DNA of 64,000 nucleotides. Source: Sporichthyaceae bacterium. GTDB taxonomy: Bacteria > Actinomycetota > Actinomycetes > JACCUZ01. The translations under genes were made by a program, and so were the position numbers. The number at the start of each line of letters is the position of its first letter. Position 1 is the stretch's first letter. The notes under the pieces are model-generated. The model saw nothing but the letters and a program-made list of their open reading frames with translations, was not told the DNA's origin and did no database searches. The DNA is taken from assembly GCA_031365725.1 (NCBI GenBank), contig JANLYQ010000019.1, positions 683-64,682 of the forward strand, given 5' to 3'. Positions 1-10,000 of this stretch are shown one piece after another.

Positions 1-1016
1 TGGACGACAGGCACCACCGTCACCCAGTCGTGGCGCGCGTCGAGCACCTGCAGCGCCGGCAGGTCGTAGAGCTCACCGGCGGTGCGGACGCCGAAGAGCA
101 GGGTCACTCGGCGGGCGCTGTTCCAGCGGGCCATGCCTTCGAGCAGGCTGCGCACCGGAGCGAGGCCGGTGCCGCCGGCGACCATGAGGAGGTCGCGGCG
201 CGAGGTCTGGTCGATGGTCAGGCCGCCGGCGGGCGGGCCGAGGTGCAACGGGTCGCCGACCAACGTGTGCCGCACCAGGGCGCCGCTGACCCACCCGGCG
301 CCGACCGACCGCACGTGCAGCTCGATGACGCCGTCGGCGCGGGGTGAGGTGGCCGGGGAGTAACGCCGCCAGGACCGCGGCCGGGCCGGGGTCTCCAGGG
401 TGAGGTGCTGCCCGGGCTCGTAGTCGTAGGGCCGGTCGGTGCGCAGTCGCAGCACCGCGATGTCGTCGGTACGCCGCTCGTGCGCGACCACCACAGCCCG
501 CCACGAGGCCGGCTCGTGGCCGGCTGCCTCGCGGGCACCCGCCTGCATAGCCGCGGCGACGAACGCGAAGACCCCGCGCCAGGCGGCCTCGAGCTCGGGC
601 ACCCAGATGTCGGCGGTGTGTCGGTGCAGCGCAGCGACCAGCGCCTCGCCGAAGACGTCGTAATGCTCATCCCGCACGCCGACCCGGCGGTGTTCGCGGC
701 CGAGGGCGGCGAGGGCGGTTCGCGTGCTGTCGACGTCGGCAAGCCCGCCCACCGCGGTGGACAGCGCCCGGGCGAACCGGCCGCGCTGGGCCGCCATGCT
801 CGGGCCGAACATCGCCCGCAGGTGCGGGGCCTCGAGGAAGAGCGCCGCGTAGAGGTCGGCGGCGACATCCTCGACCCGGTCTCCCAGCAGCCGGAGGCTC
901 TCCTGGGCGAAGGCGAGGTGCTCGGCATCGACGCTGTGTGGTAGTCCCGGTTGTCCTCCCGGTCGTACTCCCGGCTGGGCCCCGGCGACCTCGCTGCCGG
1001 CGTCCTCGCTCCCCAT
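1..1016 (-). CDS. Globin + FAD/NAD(P)-binding oxidoreductase (flavohaemoglobin-like), 3' end runs off the window
   Basis: Not in the ORF track; translated by hand from ATG 1016: MGSEDAG...ESLRLLGDRVEDVAADLYAALFLEAPHLRAMF...QRGRFARAL...LGREHRRVGVRDEHYDVFGEAL (globin, B10 Tyr, F8 His), then YEPGQHLTLE...WRRYSPA and MVAGGTGLAP (FNR-type reductase). Confidence 0.85.
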   Translation of the reverse strand, partial: MGSEDAGSEVAGAQPGVRPGGQPGLPHSVDAEHLAFAQESLRLLGDRVEDVAADLYAALFLEAPHLRAMFGPSMAAQRGRFARALSTAVGGLADVDSTRTALAALGREHRRVGVRDEHYDVFGEALVAALHRHTADIWVPELEAAWRGVFAFVAAAMQAGAREAAGHEPASWRAVVVAHERRTDDIAVLRLRTDRPYDYEPGQHLTLETPARPRSWRRYSPATSPRADGVIELHVRSVGAGWVSGALVRHTLVGDPLHLGPPAGGLTIDQTSRRDLLMVAGGTGLAPVRSLLEGMARWNSARRVTLLFGVRTAGELYDLPALQVLDARHDWVTVVPVV

Positions 1017-1115
1017 GGCACTGCAGGCTAGTCGTGAACCACCGGCTGTCACATCCCCTGGCGTGTCACCCGTTCGGGGTACGCGCCGGCGACCCGAGAG
1101 GTCCATCATCGGGCC

Positions 1116-2123
1116 ATGCCTCGTCGTCGCCCGGGTGTCCTGGCCCTGGCTCTCAGCGCTGCCCTCCTGCCGCTCGGAGCCGTCGGGGGGCCGGGGACAG
1201 CGACCGCAGCCGGCTCGGTGGCCCCTGCCATCCGGTCCAGCCGACTGCCAGGCACCCGGTGCCCGGTCTTCCCGGCCGACAACTACTGGCACGCCGACGT
1301 CACGGCCCTGCCGGTCGACAGCCACAGCGACGCGTGGCTCTCGCACATGAGCAGCGACCGTCGGCTGCACCCCGACTTCGGGCCGTCCTACGGTGCCCAG
1401 CCGGTGCCCTACGGCATCCCGGTCACCGTCGTGGGTCGTGCCCACGCGAAGGTGCGGGTGCGGTTCCAGTACGCCGCCGAGAGCAACCGGGTGCGTTATC
1501 CCCTCGGCACCGACACCCGCATCGAGGGCGGCCGGTCGGCGTCGGGCGACCGGCACGCGGTGATCGTGGACCGCAGCACCTGCCGGCTCTACGAAACCTG
1601 GGCCACCGGCACCGGCGCTGGTGGTCACTGGACCGCCGGGTCGGGGGCGGTCTGGTCGTTGCGCAGCAACCGGTTGCGCCCGCCGGGCTGGACCTCCGCC
1701 GATGCCGCCGGTCTACCGATTTTGCCCGGGCTGCTGCGCTATGAGGAGGTGACGGCAGGCACGGTCGACCATGCCATCCGCTTCACCACCGATGTCACCA
1801 ACCGAGCACACCTCTGGCCGGCCCGCCACGATGCCGGATCGGTCAGTGACCCGGCGTACCCGCCGATGGGGGCACGGTTCCGACTCTCGGCGTCCTTCCC
1901 GCTCACGGGTTATCGCGCGGACACCCGCGCCGTGCTGCGCGCGATGCAGCGCTACGGCCTGGTGCTCGCCGACAACGGGTCGCCGTGGTACTTCCAGGGC
2001 GCCTCCGACAGTCGCTGGCCGACCGGGCTGCTCGACCAGCTCAAGACCATCCCCGCCGCCGCGTTCGAGGCGGTCGATACGTCGTCGCTTCGGGTGTCCA
2101 CCGGCAGCGCCGCGACCCACTGA
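1116..2123 (+). CDS. Secreted protein of unknown function
   Basis: N-terminal signal peptide (MPRRRPGVLALALSAALLPLG...ATA); GC3-biased frame; conserved-looking motifs YGIP, GDRH, SADAAGLPILPGL, DHAIRFT, LADNGS. Confidence 0.75.
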   Translation: MPRRRPGVLALALSAALLPLGAVGGPGTATAAGSVAPAIRSSRLPGTRCPVFPADNYWHADVTALPVDSHSDAWLSHMSSDRRLHPDFGPSYGAQPVPYGIPVTVVGRAHAKVRVRFQYAAESNRVRYPLGTDTRIEGGRSASGDRHAVIVDRSTCRLYETWATGTGAGGHWTAGSGAVWSLRSNRLRPPGWTSADAAGLPILPGLLRYEEVTAGTVDHAIRFTTDVTNRAHLWPARHDAGSVSDPAYPPMGARFRLSASFPLTGYRADTRAVLRAMQRYGLVLADNGSPWYFQGASDSRWPTGLLDQLKTIPAAAFEAVDTSSLRVSTGSAATH

Positions 2124-2159
2124 CCCCACCCCGAGCCCCCGGCAGCGGGGGGTGCGGGG
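2124..2159. terminator. GC-rich hairpin between convergent genes
   Basis: CCCCCG-GCAG-CGGGGG (2136-2151) with imperfect extension, lying between stops at 2123 and 2160. Confidence 0.45.
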
Positions 2160-3536
2160 TCAGACCCCAGCGGCACGGCGTACGGCGGCAACGCTGGAGG
2201 CCACGTCGTCAGCGTCGGTGGACCAGTTGCTGACCGACACCCGCAGCACGTCCCGCCCCTTCCACCGCGAGCCCGACATCCAGGCCGTGCCGTCGGCGAG
2301 CAGGCGCGCGGTGACCTCGCGGGTGCGCTCGTCGGAGCCGAACGACACCGACACCTGGGTGAAGACGACGTCGTGCAGCACCTCGGCGCCGGGGATGGCA
2401 CCGATGCCCTCGGCCAGCGCCCGGGCATGCGCAGCGAAGCCGTCGACCATCGCGGCCACCCCGTCGCGACCCAGCGAGCGCAGCGCGGCCCACACCGGCA
2501 CACCTCGGGCCCGCCGCGACAGTTCGGGCACCCGGTCGAGCGGGTCGCCCTGCGCCGCGGCGTTGATGAGATAGCTCGCCTGCACACCGAAGGTCGCACG
2601 CAGCAACGCGTGGTCGGCCACGATCGCCAAGCCGCAGTCGTAGGGCGTGTTCAGCGTCTTGTGCGCATCGGTCGCCCACGAGTCGGCCCGCTCGAGACCA
2701 GCCGTCAGGTGCCGCAGCGACGGGCTCGCCGCCGCCCACAGACCGAAGGCGCCGTCGATGTGCACCCAGGCGCCGTGCTCGTGAGCGAGGTCGATGCACT
2801 CACCGAGCGCGTCGAAGCAGCCCGAGTGCAGGTTGCCGGCCTGCAGCGCGACGATGGTCGGACCGTCGACCTCGGCCAGCATCGCGCCGAGCGAGTCGGG
2901 CCGGATCCGACCCTGGTCGTCGTCGGGCACGACGACCGGCGCGCCCAGACCGAGATAGCGCAGCGACAGGTCGACCGTCGAATGGCGGTCCGCACCGACC
3001 AGGGTGGTGACCTTCGGGCCGCCGGCGAGACCGTCGCGGGCGAGGTCCCAGCCAGCCCGGGTGAGCACGTCGTGCCGCCCGACCGAGAGCCCGGTGTAGT
3101 TGGCCATCGTGCCGCCGGTGACGAACCCCACGCCCGCGGTCGGCGGCAGTCCGAGCAGGTCCAGCAGCCACTCAGCGGCCACCTCCTCCGCGCCCACGGT
3201 GCCGGGCGTGGCCGCGCGCATACCGGTGTTCTGGTCCCAGGCACTGACCAGCCAGTCAGCAGCCAGAGCCGCAGGCAGCGTGCCACCGATAACCCAGCCG
3301 AAGAACCGTCCGGACGGCATCGCCATCAGTCCCGGCTCGACGTGGCGGGCCAGCAGGTCCACCACCTCGGCCGGGTCGGTCGGTCCGGCGGGCAGCGGAC
3401 CACCCAGGTTGTGACCGACCGCGTCGGCGTCCAGACGTGGCGGGACCGGTCGGTCCGGGAGGCCGGCCAGCCAGCTGCGGGCGTGGGCGTGGGCGCGGTC
3501 CAGGGCGCCGTCGTACGACGATCCGCGAGCGGTCAT
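2160..3536 (-). CDS. Group II PLP-dependent decarboxylase (aromatic/glutamate decarboxylase family)
   Basis: FFGWVIGG, FVTGGTMAN, WVHIDGAFG, DSWATDAHKTLNTPYDCG (PLP lysine); start taken at ATG 3536 (MTARGSSY). Confidence 0.9.
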   Translation of the reverse strand: MTARGSSYDGALDRAHAHARSWLAGLPDRPVPPRLDADAVGHNLGGPLPAGPTDPAEVVDLLARHVEPGLMAMPSGRFFGWVIGGTLPAALAADWLVSAWDQNTGMRAATPGTVGAEEVAAEWLLDLLGLPPTAGVGFVTGGTMANYTGLSVGRHDVLTRAGWDLARDGLAGGPKVTTLVGADRHSTVDLSLRYLGLGAPVVVPDDDQGRIRPDSLGAMLAEVDGPTIVALQAGNLHSGCFDALGECIDLAHEHGAWVHIDGAFGLWAAASPSLRHLTAGLERADSWATDAHKTLNTPYDCGLAIVADHALLRATFGVQASYLINAAAQGDPLDRVPELSRRARGVPVWAALRSLGRDGVAAMVDGFAAHARALAEGIGAIPGAEVLHDVVFTQVSVSFGSDERTREVTARLLADGTAWMSGSRWKGRDVLRVSVSNWSTDADDVASSVAAVRRAAGV

Positions 3537-3561
3537 GACGTCACTCTGCCAGGGGAAGCAC

Positions 3562-4305
3562 TCAGATGAGCAGAGGTATCGCCGACGCCACGACCAAGCC
3601 GATCGCGACCTGCTCAAAGCGCTTCTGCTCGAGTCGGCGCAGCAGCAGCACCCCGAGCCCGGCGCCGGCCAGCATCACCGGCAGCAGCGCGAGGTCGAGA
3701 GCGACGGCACCGCCGCCGAGGAGACCGAGCGCGATGCTGAACGGCAGCTTGAAGATGTTGACCATCAGGTAGAACACCGCGCCGGTGCCGATGAACTCCA
3801 TCATCGCCATGCCGGACAGCAGCAGGTAGACCGTCATGACGGCGCCGGAGGCGTTGGCCACCATCGTGGCGAAACCGGCGAGCAACCCGGCGACGGCTGC
3901 GGCAGAGCCCGACCACGCGCCGCGGCGCAGGTCACCGAGTCCGGCCCGGCGGACCACGACCTGCACCGCGACCAGGACGATCAGCAGGCCCCCGATGGCC
4001 CGGCGCATGCCCGTGTCGTCGACGTGCGCCACGAACACCGCACCGACCACGATGCCGACGGCCACCCAGGGGAACAGCCGCCGGATCACCGGCCAGGACG
4101 CGTGCCGTCGGTACAGCGCGATCGCCACCAGGTCGCCGGCGATCAGCAGCGGCAGCAGCGCTCCGGTCGACTCCCTCGCCGGCAGGGCGAGAGCGAACAG
4201 CGCCGCCGCGAGCGCCCCGGTCCCGGTGATCGCGGTCTTGGCGACCCCGACCATGACCGCGGCCGCCAGCAGCAGGGCCCAGTCACCCGGGCCCAGGTGC
4301 GGCAA
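3562..4305 (-). CDS. Sulfite exporter TauE/SafE (TSUP) family membrane protein
   Basis: GVAKTAITG, multiple TM helices, GFATMVANASGAVMTVYL, NIFKLPFSIALG. Confidence 0.85.
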   Translation of the reverse strand: MPHLGPGDWALLLAAAVMVGVAKTAITGTGALAAALFALALPARESTGALLPLLIAGDLVAIALYRRHASWPVIRRLFPWVAVGIVVGAVFVAHVDDTGMRRAIGGLLIVLVAVQVVVRRAGLGDLRRGAWSGSAAAVAGLLAGFATMVANASGAVMTVYLLLSGMAMMEFIGTGAVFYLMVNIFKLPFSIALGLLGGGAVALDLALLPVMLAGAGLGVLLLRRLEQKRFEQVAIGLVVASAIPLLI

Positions 4306-4308
4306 CGC

Positions 4309-5619
4309 TCAGACGCCGAAGTCGTGACGCAACGGATAGCGCGACGTGCCGTCGCTGTCGGTGCGCGTCGCGAGCACCTGGTGCAGCTGGATGCCGTTGC
4401 GCTCGAAGGCCAACCGGGAACCGGCCATGTAGAGGCCCCACACCTTCGCGATGGGGACACCCGCCTCGGCGACGCACTCGTCCCAGTGCTCGACCAGGTT
4501 GTCGCACCACGCCTTCAGGGTGCGCGCATAGTGCACCCGGAGGTTTTCCTGGTGCTGCACCTCGAGGTTGGCGTCCTCCATGGCCTGCACGATGTGTCCC
4601 GACCCGGTCAGCTCCCCGTCGGGAAAGACGTAGCGGCCGATGAAGCCACGCTGCGGCAGGCCTGGGTGCTGGTTGTCCGGTCGGGTGATGCCGTGGTTGA
4701 GCAGCCGGCCACCCGGGCGCAGCCGCGAGCGCAGGAACGCGAAGTAGGCCGGGTAGTTCTTCACGCCGATGTGCTCGATCAGGCCGATCGAGCTGATCGC
4801 ATCGAACTCGCGCTCGCGCACGTCGCGATAGTCGCTGTGCCGCACCTCCGCAAGGTGCCCGAGACCTTCGGCCTCGACCCGAGCCTGCCCCCACACCGCC
4901 TGCTCGCGGGACAACGTCACCCCGATTACCTGGACGCCGTACTGCGCGGCGGCGTGGCGCACCATGCCGCCCCAGCCGCAACCGACGTCAAGCAGCCGCA
5001 TGCCCGGCTGCAGGCCGAGCTTGCGCGCAACGAGGTCGAACTTGTGCTCCTGCGCCTCCTCCAACGTCGAGGTGTCGGTGGGATAGCAGGCGCAGGTGTA
5101 GGTCATCGACGGGCCGAGCACGTGCTCGTAGAACGTGTTGGACACGTCGTAGTGGTGGCTGATCGAGGATGCGTCTCGCTCCCGGGAGTGCCGGATGCCG
5201 CGCCGGCGACGCGGCACGACCTCCTGCTCGGGCACCGGCGGCGGGACGAACGTCTTGACCCCGAGCGACCTGGCCCAGGTGACGGCCTGCGCCATCGGCG
5301 GACGATGCGCCTGCAGGTCGTCGTCGATCAGGCGCAGCAGCTCGTAGGGGTCACCCGGGTGCACGCCCTCGATCTCGAGGTCGCCCTTGAGATAGGCCCG
5401 CGCCATGCCCAGCGATCCGGGTGCCGTGGCCAGGTAGGAGATGCCGCGCGGGTTGGTGACACGCAGCCCGATCGCCGCGTCGACGCGACCTGCGGTGCTG
5501 CCGTCGTACGCCGAGAAGCGCAGCGGCGCGTCAGCACCGAACAGTCCCTCGAACATGTCACCGAGAGACACGGCACCCACCCGGGAACGGCCACCCGGGC
5601 CTTCGAGCTTGAGGCTCAT
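4309..5619 (-). CDS. cfa: Cyclopropane/methylene fatty-acyl phospholipid synthase family SAM methyltransferase
   Basis: ISHHYDVSNTFYE, MTYTCA, LLDVGCGWGG, FDAISSIGLIEHIG, YVFPDGEL; ATGA overlap with upstream FAD gene. Confidence 0.92.
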   Translation of the reverse strand: MSLKLEGPGGRSRVGAVSLGDMFEGLFGADAPLRFSAYDGSTAGRVDAAIGLRVTNPRGISYLATAPGSLGMARAYLKGDLEIEGVHPGDPYELLRLIDDDLQAHRPPMAQAVTWARSLGVKTFVPPPVPEQEVVPRRRRGIRHSRERDASSISHHYDVSNTFYEHVLGPSMTYTCACYPTDTSTLEEAQEHKFDLVARKLGLQPGMRLLDVGCGWGGMVRHAAAQYGVQVIGVTLSREQAVWGQARVEAEGLGHLAEVRHSDYRDVREREFDAISSIGLIEHIGVKNYPAYFAFLRSRLRPGGRLLNHGITRPDNQHPGLPQRGFIGRYVFPDGELTGSGHIVQAMEDANLEVQHQENLRVHYARTLKAWCDNLVEHWDECVAEAGVPIAKVWGLYMAGSRLAFERNGIQLHQVLATRTDSDGTSRYPLRHDFGV

Positions 5620-7016
5620 CGTCGGTTCACCGCCTTGGCATAGAGGTCGAGCAGCCGTGACTGGGGGTCGAAACGCTTCTTGGCCGCGTGGTAGTCCTCG
5701 CCGCCGTACAGCGCCCAGAAGTCCTCCGGGGTGTAGTAGGCGTCGGAGTACAGCGACTTGTGGCCGCCGTGCTCGGCGACCACCGACTCGATGCGGCGGT
5801 TGACGTCACCGTCGGTCCGGCCGTGCTCGATCGGCACGGTGGACCAGAAACCCACGTTGACGTAGGTCTCACCCCGACGCAGAGGGTAGACCGGCCAGGG
5901 TGGTCCCGCCGCGCCGGATCCGTCACCCGAGAACAGCACCGTGGCACCCACGTCACGCAGGCGCAGCGGGCACAGCCACACCGGCTCGATCGGCACCTCG
6001 CGCAGGAACCAGCGCAGGAAGTCCGCGGTGCGGGCCACCGGGATCTCGACGTCCTGCACCACACGTTCGCGCGGCAACCGACCGGCGCGCGCGTCGAGCC
6101 GGGCAGCGACGTGGAACCGGTTGTCGAGCCGGATCAGACGCCAGTAGACGTCGCTGCGCAACCAGCGTCGGGGCCACCACCGACGCAACCGCGGGTCCTG
6201 GGCTCCGAACGCGCGTGAGCACCAGAACCAGTCGGTGTCCCAACGCCAGAGATAGTCGCGCACGGTGAGGTGGTCGGTGTGCCGCGCCTGGATCGAGCGA
6301 TAGTAGATATCGCCGCCGGTGTAGTCCGAGGTGTACGGCGCATGCTCGACGAACGAGCCGAGGGTGAGGTAGGACTCCTCGGCGCTGAAGACGGTGCCGT
6401 CGAGGAAGTCGACCTGCTCTCCGTCGTGGGTGCGGCTCTCGACCACCGCTCCGGTCAGAGCCAGCAGCTCGTCCAGGTCGTGGCAGCGCACATGGCGTAG
6501 CCGGACGAACGGCTGAACCGGCTCGAGGTCGATGACCAGCCGTAGGGCGTAGCCCAACGTGCCATAGGAGTTGGGGAAGGCGCGAAAGAGATCGGCGTCC
6601 GGCCCGTCGGGGGTGGCGACCACGACGCTGCCCCCGCCGGTGAGGATCTCGATCTCCCGCACCGACTCGTGCGGCAACCCGTTGCGGAACGACGACGACT
6701 CGATGCCGAGACCGGTGACAGCCCCACCGATGGTGATGGTCTTCAGCTGCGGCACGACCAGGGGCATGAGCCCGTGCGCCAGCGTCGCGTCGACCAGGTC
6801 CTCGTACGTCGTCATCGCCTGTACGTCGGCAGTGCATGCCACCGGGTCCACCGAGAGCACCCGGTCGAGCCCGCCGACGTCCAGCCCGGGCCCGCCCTGG
6901 GACTCGCGGGGCCGGAACAGGTTCGACGTGCGCTTGGCCAGCCGGACCGGCGCACCGGGCGGGATGGCGGCGTACTGGGTGACCAGTCGCTCCCGCGCCT
7001 CGACGTGTCCGAGCAT
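5616..7016 (-). CDS. FAD-binding oxidoreductase (Delta24-sterol-reductase-like; partner of Cfa in methyl-branched fatty acid synthesis)
   Basis: PLVVPQLKTITIGGAVTGLGIESSSF, NSYGTLGY, DYLWRWDTDWFWCSRAFG, GHKSLYSDAYY; start at ATG 7016. Confidence 0.88.
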   Translation of the reverse strand: MLGHVEARERLVTQYAAIPPGAPVRLAKRTSNLFRPRESQGGPGLDVGGLDRVLSVDPVACTADVQAMTTYEDLVDATLAHGLMPLVVPQLKTITIGGAVTGLGIESSSFRNGLPHESVREIEILTGGGSVVVATPDGPDADLFRAFPNSYGTLGYALRLVIDLEPVQPFVRLRHVRCHDLDELLALTGAVVESRTHDGEQVDFLDGTVFSAEESYLTLGSFVEHAPYTSDYTGGDIYYRSIQARHTDHLTVRDYLWRWDTDWFWCSRAFGAQDPRLRRWWPRRWLRSDVYWRLIRLDNRFHVAARLDARAGRLPRERVVQDVEIPVARTADFLRWFLREVPIEPVWLCPLRLRDVGATVLFSGDGSGAAGPPWPVYPLRRGETYVNVGFWSTVPIEHGRTDGDVNRRIESVVAEHGGHKSLYSDAYYTPEDFWALYGGEDYHAAKKRFDPQSRLLDLYAKAVNRR

Positions 7017-7026
7017 GCCCCGCAGT

Positions 7027-10000
7027 CTAGTGATGGTTGTCGTCGGCAACCACCCGGAGGCGGGCCTGCTCGAGCTCCAGGACGTCGTCGATCTGCTCGG
7101 CCGGCATCGGGCGCCCGACGTGGAAGCCCTGGCCGAGGTCGCAGTGCAGCTCGCGAAGGCGGCTGAGCTGAGCAGGTGCCTCGATGCCCTCGGCCACCGT
7201 CGACAGCCCGAGGTTGTGCGCGAGGTCGATGATCGCCCCCACGAGGAAGCCGCCTTCCTCGCGCCGACCGAGCTCGTCGACGAACTCCTTGTCGATCTTG
7301 AGAATGTCGACGGGCAGCTGGCGGAGCCAGGAGAACGACGAGTAGCCGGTGCCGAAGTCGTCGACCGCCAGCCGCACCCCGAGGTCACGGAGCACGTGCA
7401 GCCGTTCGACGGTGCCGAGCACATCGGCCATGATCGCGCTCTCGGTGATCTCGAGGGCCAGTCGCGCGGGATGGATGCCGGTGAGGTCGATGACCGAACC
7501 GACCTCCCCGCCGAACTCCGGCCGACGCAGCTGGCGTTGCGACACGTTGACGCTGACGGTGAGGCCGGGTGCGGTCCGCGACCAGGCTGCCACCTGCCGG
7601 CAGGCCTGCTCCAGCACCCAGAGCCCCAGCGGCACGACCAGACCGGTCTCCTCGGCCAGGGGGATGAACTCGTCCGGCGCCACGAGCCCGCGGGTCGGAT
7701 GCGCCCAGCGGACCAGAGCCTCGACCCCGACCAGCGCGCCGGTCTCCATCGAGACGATCGGTTGATAGTGCAAGGTGAACTCGTCGTGGTCCAGCGCACG
7801 CTGCAGGTCGGCGCGCAACGTGAGCCGGTGCAGGGCCGCCGCGTGCATGTGCGGCTCGAACACCGCATAGCGCGACTTGCCTTCGGTCTTGGCGACGTAC
7901 ATCGCCGCGTCGGCGTTTCGCAGCACCTCGGCCGGGGTGACCGGACCGGCTCCGGCATACGCGAGACCGATGCTGCCCTGGACGAAGACCTCCTTGCCCT
8001 CGATCACGAGGGGTTCACCCAGCACCGCGATGATCCGCTCGACGGCGTGCACAGCGGCCTGTTCGTCGGGCAGCTCGACGAGCACCATGGCGAACTCGTC
8101 ACCACCGAGGCGCGCTGTCGTGTCGCCGGGGCGCACGAGCACCTCCAAACGGTGCGCGACTGCCCGCAGCATCGCGTCACCGGCCGCGTGGCCGAGGCCG
8201 TCGTTGACGGTCTTGAAGTCATCGAGGTCCAGCAGCAGCACGGCAACCGTCGTCGCGTCGCGCTCGCGTCGGGCGAGGGCGTGGGCGACGCGGTCGATGA
8301 ACAGCGCGCGGTTGGCGAGACCGGTCAGCTCGTCGTGGAACGCCTGATGGGTCAGCTGGGTCTCGAACTGCTTGCGCTCGCTGACGTCGCGCACGGTGAT
8401 GACAGTCGCCTGCACGTTGGGGTCGGCCTGCAGGTTGTTGACGACCGCCTCGGCGTCGAACCACATGCTGGTGGCCCCGCCGGCGTCGTCGTGGCGGCGC
8501 AGTCGCAGCTCGATCCGCCGGCTCGCGCCGGGTACGGCGATCACGTCGGTCAGTGCGGACTGGGCCCGGAGCAAGTCGTCGGCATGGCAGAGGTCTTCGA
8601 CGCTGTGCCCGACCAGGGCGCCGGCGGGATAGCCGAACATCCGGTCGGCGGAGGGGCTCTGGTAGGTCACAGCCGCGTCTCGATCGACCAGCAGGATCGC
8701 GTCGAAGGAGTTCTGCACCATCGCCCGGAACCGGGCCTCGCTCTGCCGCTCGTGCAGGTCAGCGGCAAGGCTGGCGGACTCCATCGCGAGGGCCAGCTGG
8801 GCGACCAAGGTGTCCAGCGCACTCGACGTACCAGGCTCGAGAGGTATCGGGGTGACCACGGCGACCACAGCGAGCAGGTCGCCACTGACCCGCACCGGGC
8901 GCACGTGCAGGCGACCCTGGACACCTTTGAGGCTCAGGGCGGCGAGCAGGCTGCCGTCGAGGTCGGTGACCGCCATGTCGGTGTGCACGCCGGCCAACAA
9001 CGTCTCACCGAGGCGACGACCACGGATTCGGGCGTCGTAGCGGCCGCTGCCGGCGATCAGCTCGGTCCCGTCAGGTGCGCTGGTGTCGATCACCCGGCCG
9101 GCGACCATCACGTCACCGACGAGTCGCGCGACGGCGCGCAACGCAGCAGCGTGGATGCCGGCCCGGTCGCGGGCGGCGACCAGCTCGGCAGCAGCTGCCC
9201 GAAGGGTGCGTTCGCGCTCGGCCGTGCGACCGACCTCGCGGGTGAGCAACCCGACCCGCACGAGCACGAGGCCCACCACCGCAGCCAGTCCGAGACTGAG
9301 CACGGCGACGTCGGCGGTGCTGCCGTCGCCACCGCTCGCGGCGCGCAGCGCGATGAGCGCCGGTGGGATCAGCACCACAGCGCCCAGCAGCGTAAGTCGG
9401 ACGCCCGAGAGGGCTTCCCGGTCCTCGGCCCGGGACACCAGCGGCCGGGACGCACCTGGGTGCAGCGCAGCCGCGGCGAGCAGCAGCAGCGCGAGCAGCC
9501 AGCCGACGTGCAGCACCCGGTGCACGTCGGTGCGCGAGCCGGCGTCGGCGGTCGCCGCGAGCACGTCGGTGCCGAGGAGGACCGCCAGCGAGGCTGCGAT
9601 CAACGTCGGCACCGCGCGGGTCGGCTGCGCGACCACCAGCCGGGTGGTGACTCCGAGGAGCACGACGTCGAGCACGAGAAAGGCAACGGCGACCGCACGG
9701 TCCGGCCACGGCTGGGCGACGATCTGGGGCCCGGCGATGTACACCCAGTAACCGAGCCCTGCGGTGAAGGCGATCAGCGCGGCGTCCACGATGCCGGCAC
9801 CGTCACGCCCGGTCTGGGACTCACGGTGCAGGACGTGCAAGGCGCCGACGAGCAAGGCGTACGCCGCCAGGTGCGCCATCGAGACGACCAGAGCTGCTGC
9901 GGTGAGCCGGGTGCCGGCGGCGTCAGCAGTGGGGTGGCCGGCCGACACCAGCGCCAGCACGTCGCCGAGGGCGAAGGTTGCCGCAGCCGCGGCGAGCAGC

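Noticed and set aside
218-1021. 267-aa minus-strand ORF from the track
   Set aside because: Wrong frame; the globin-reductase is in the frame starting at 1016 that runs off the window.
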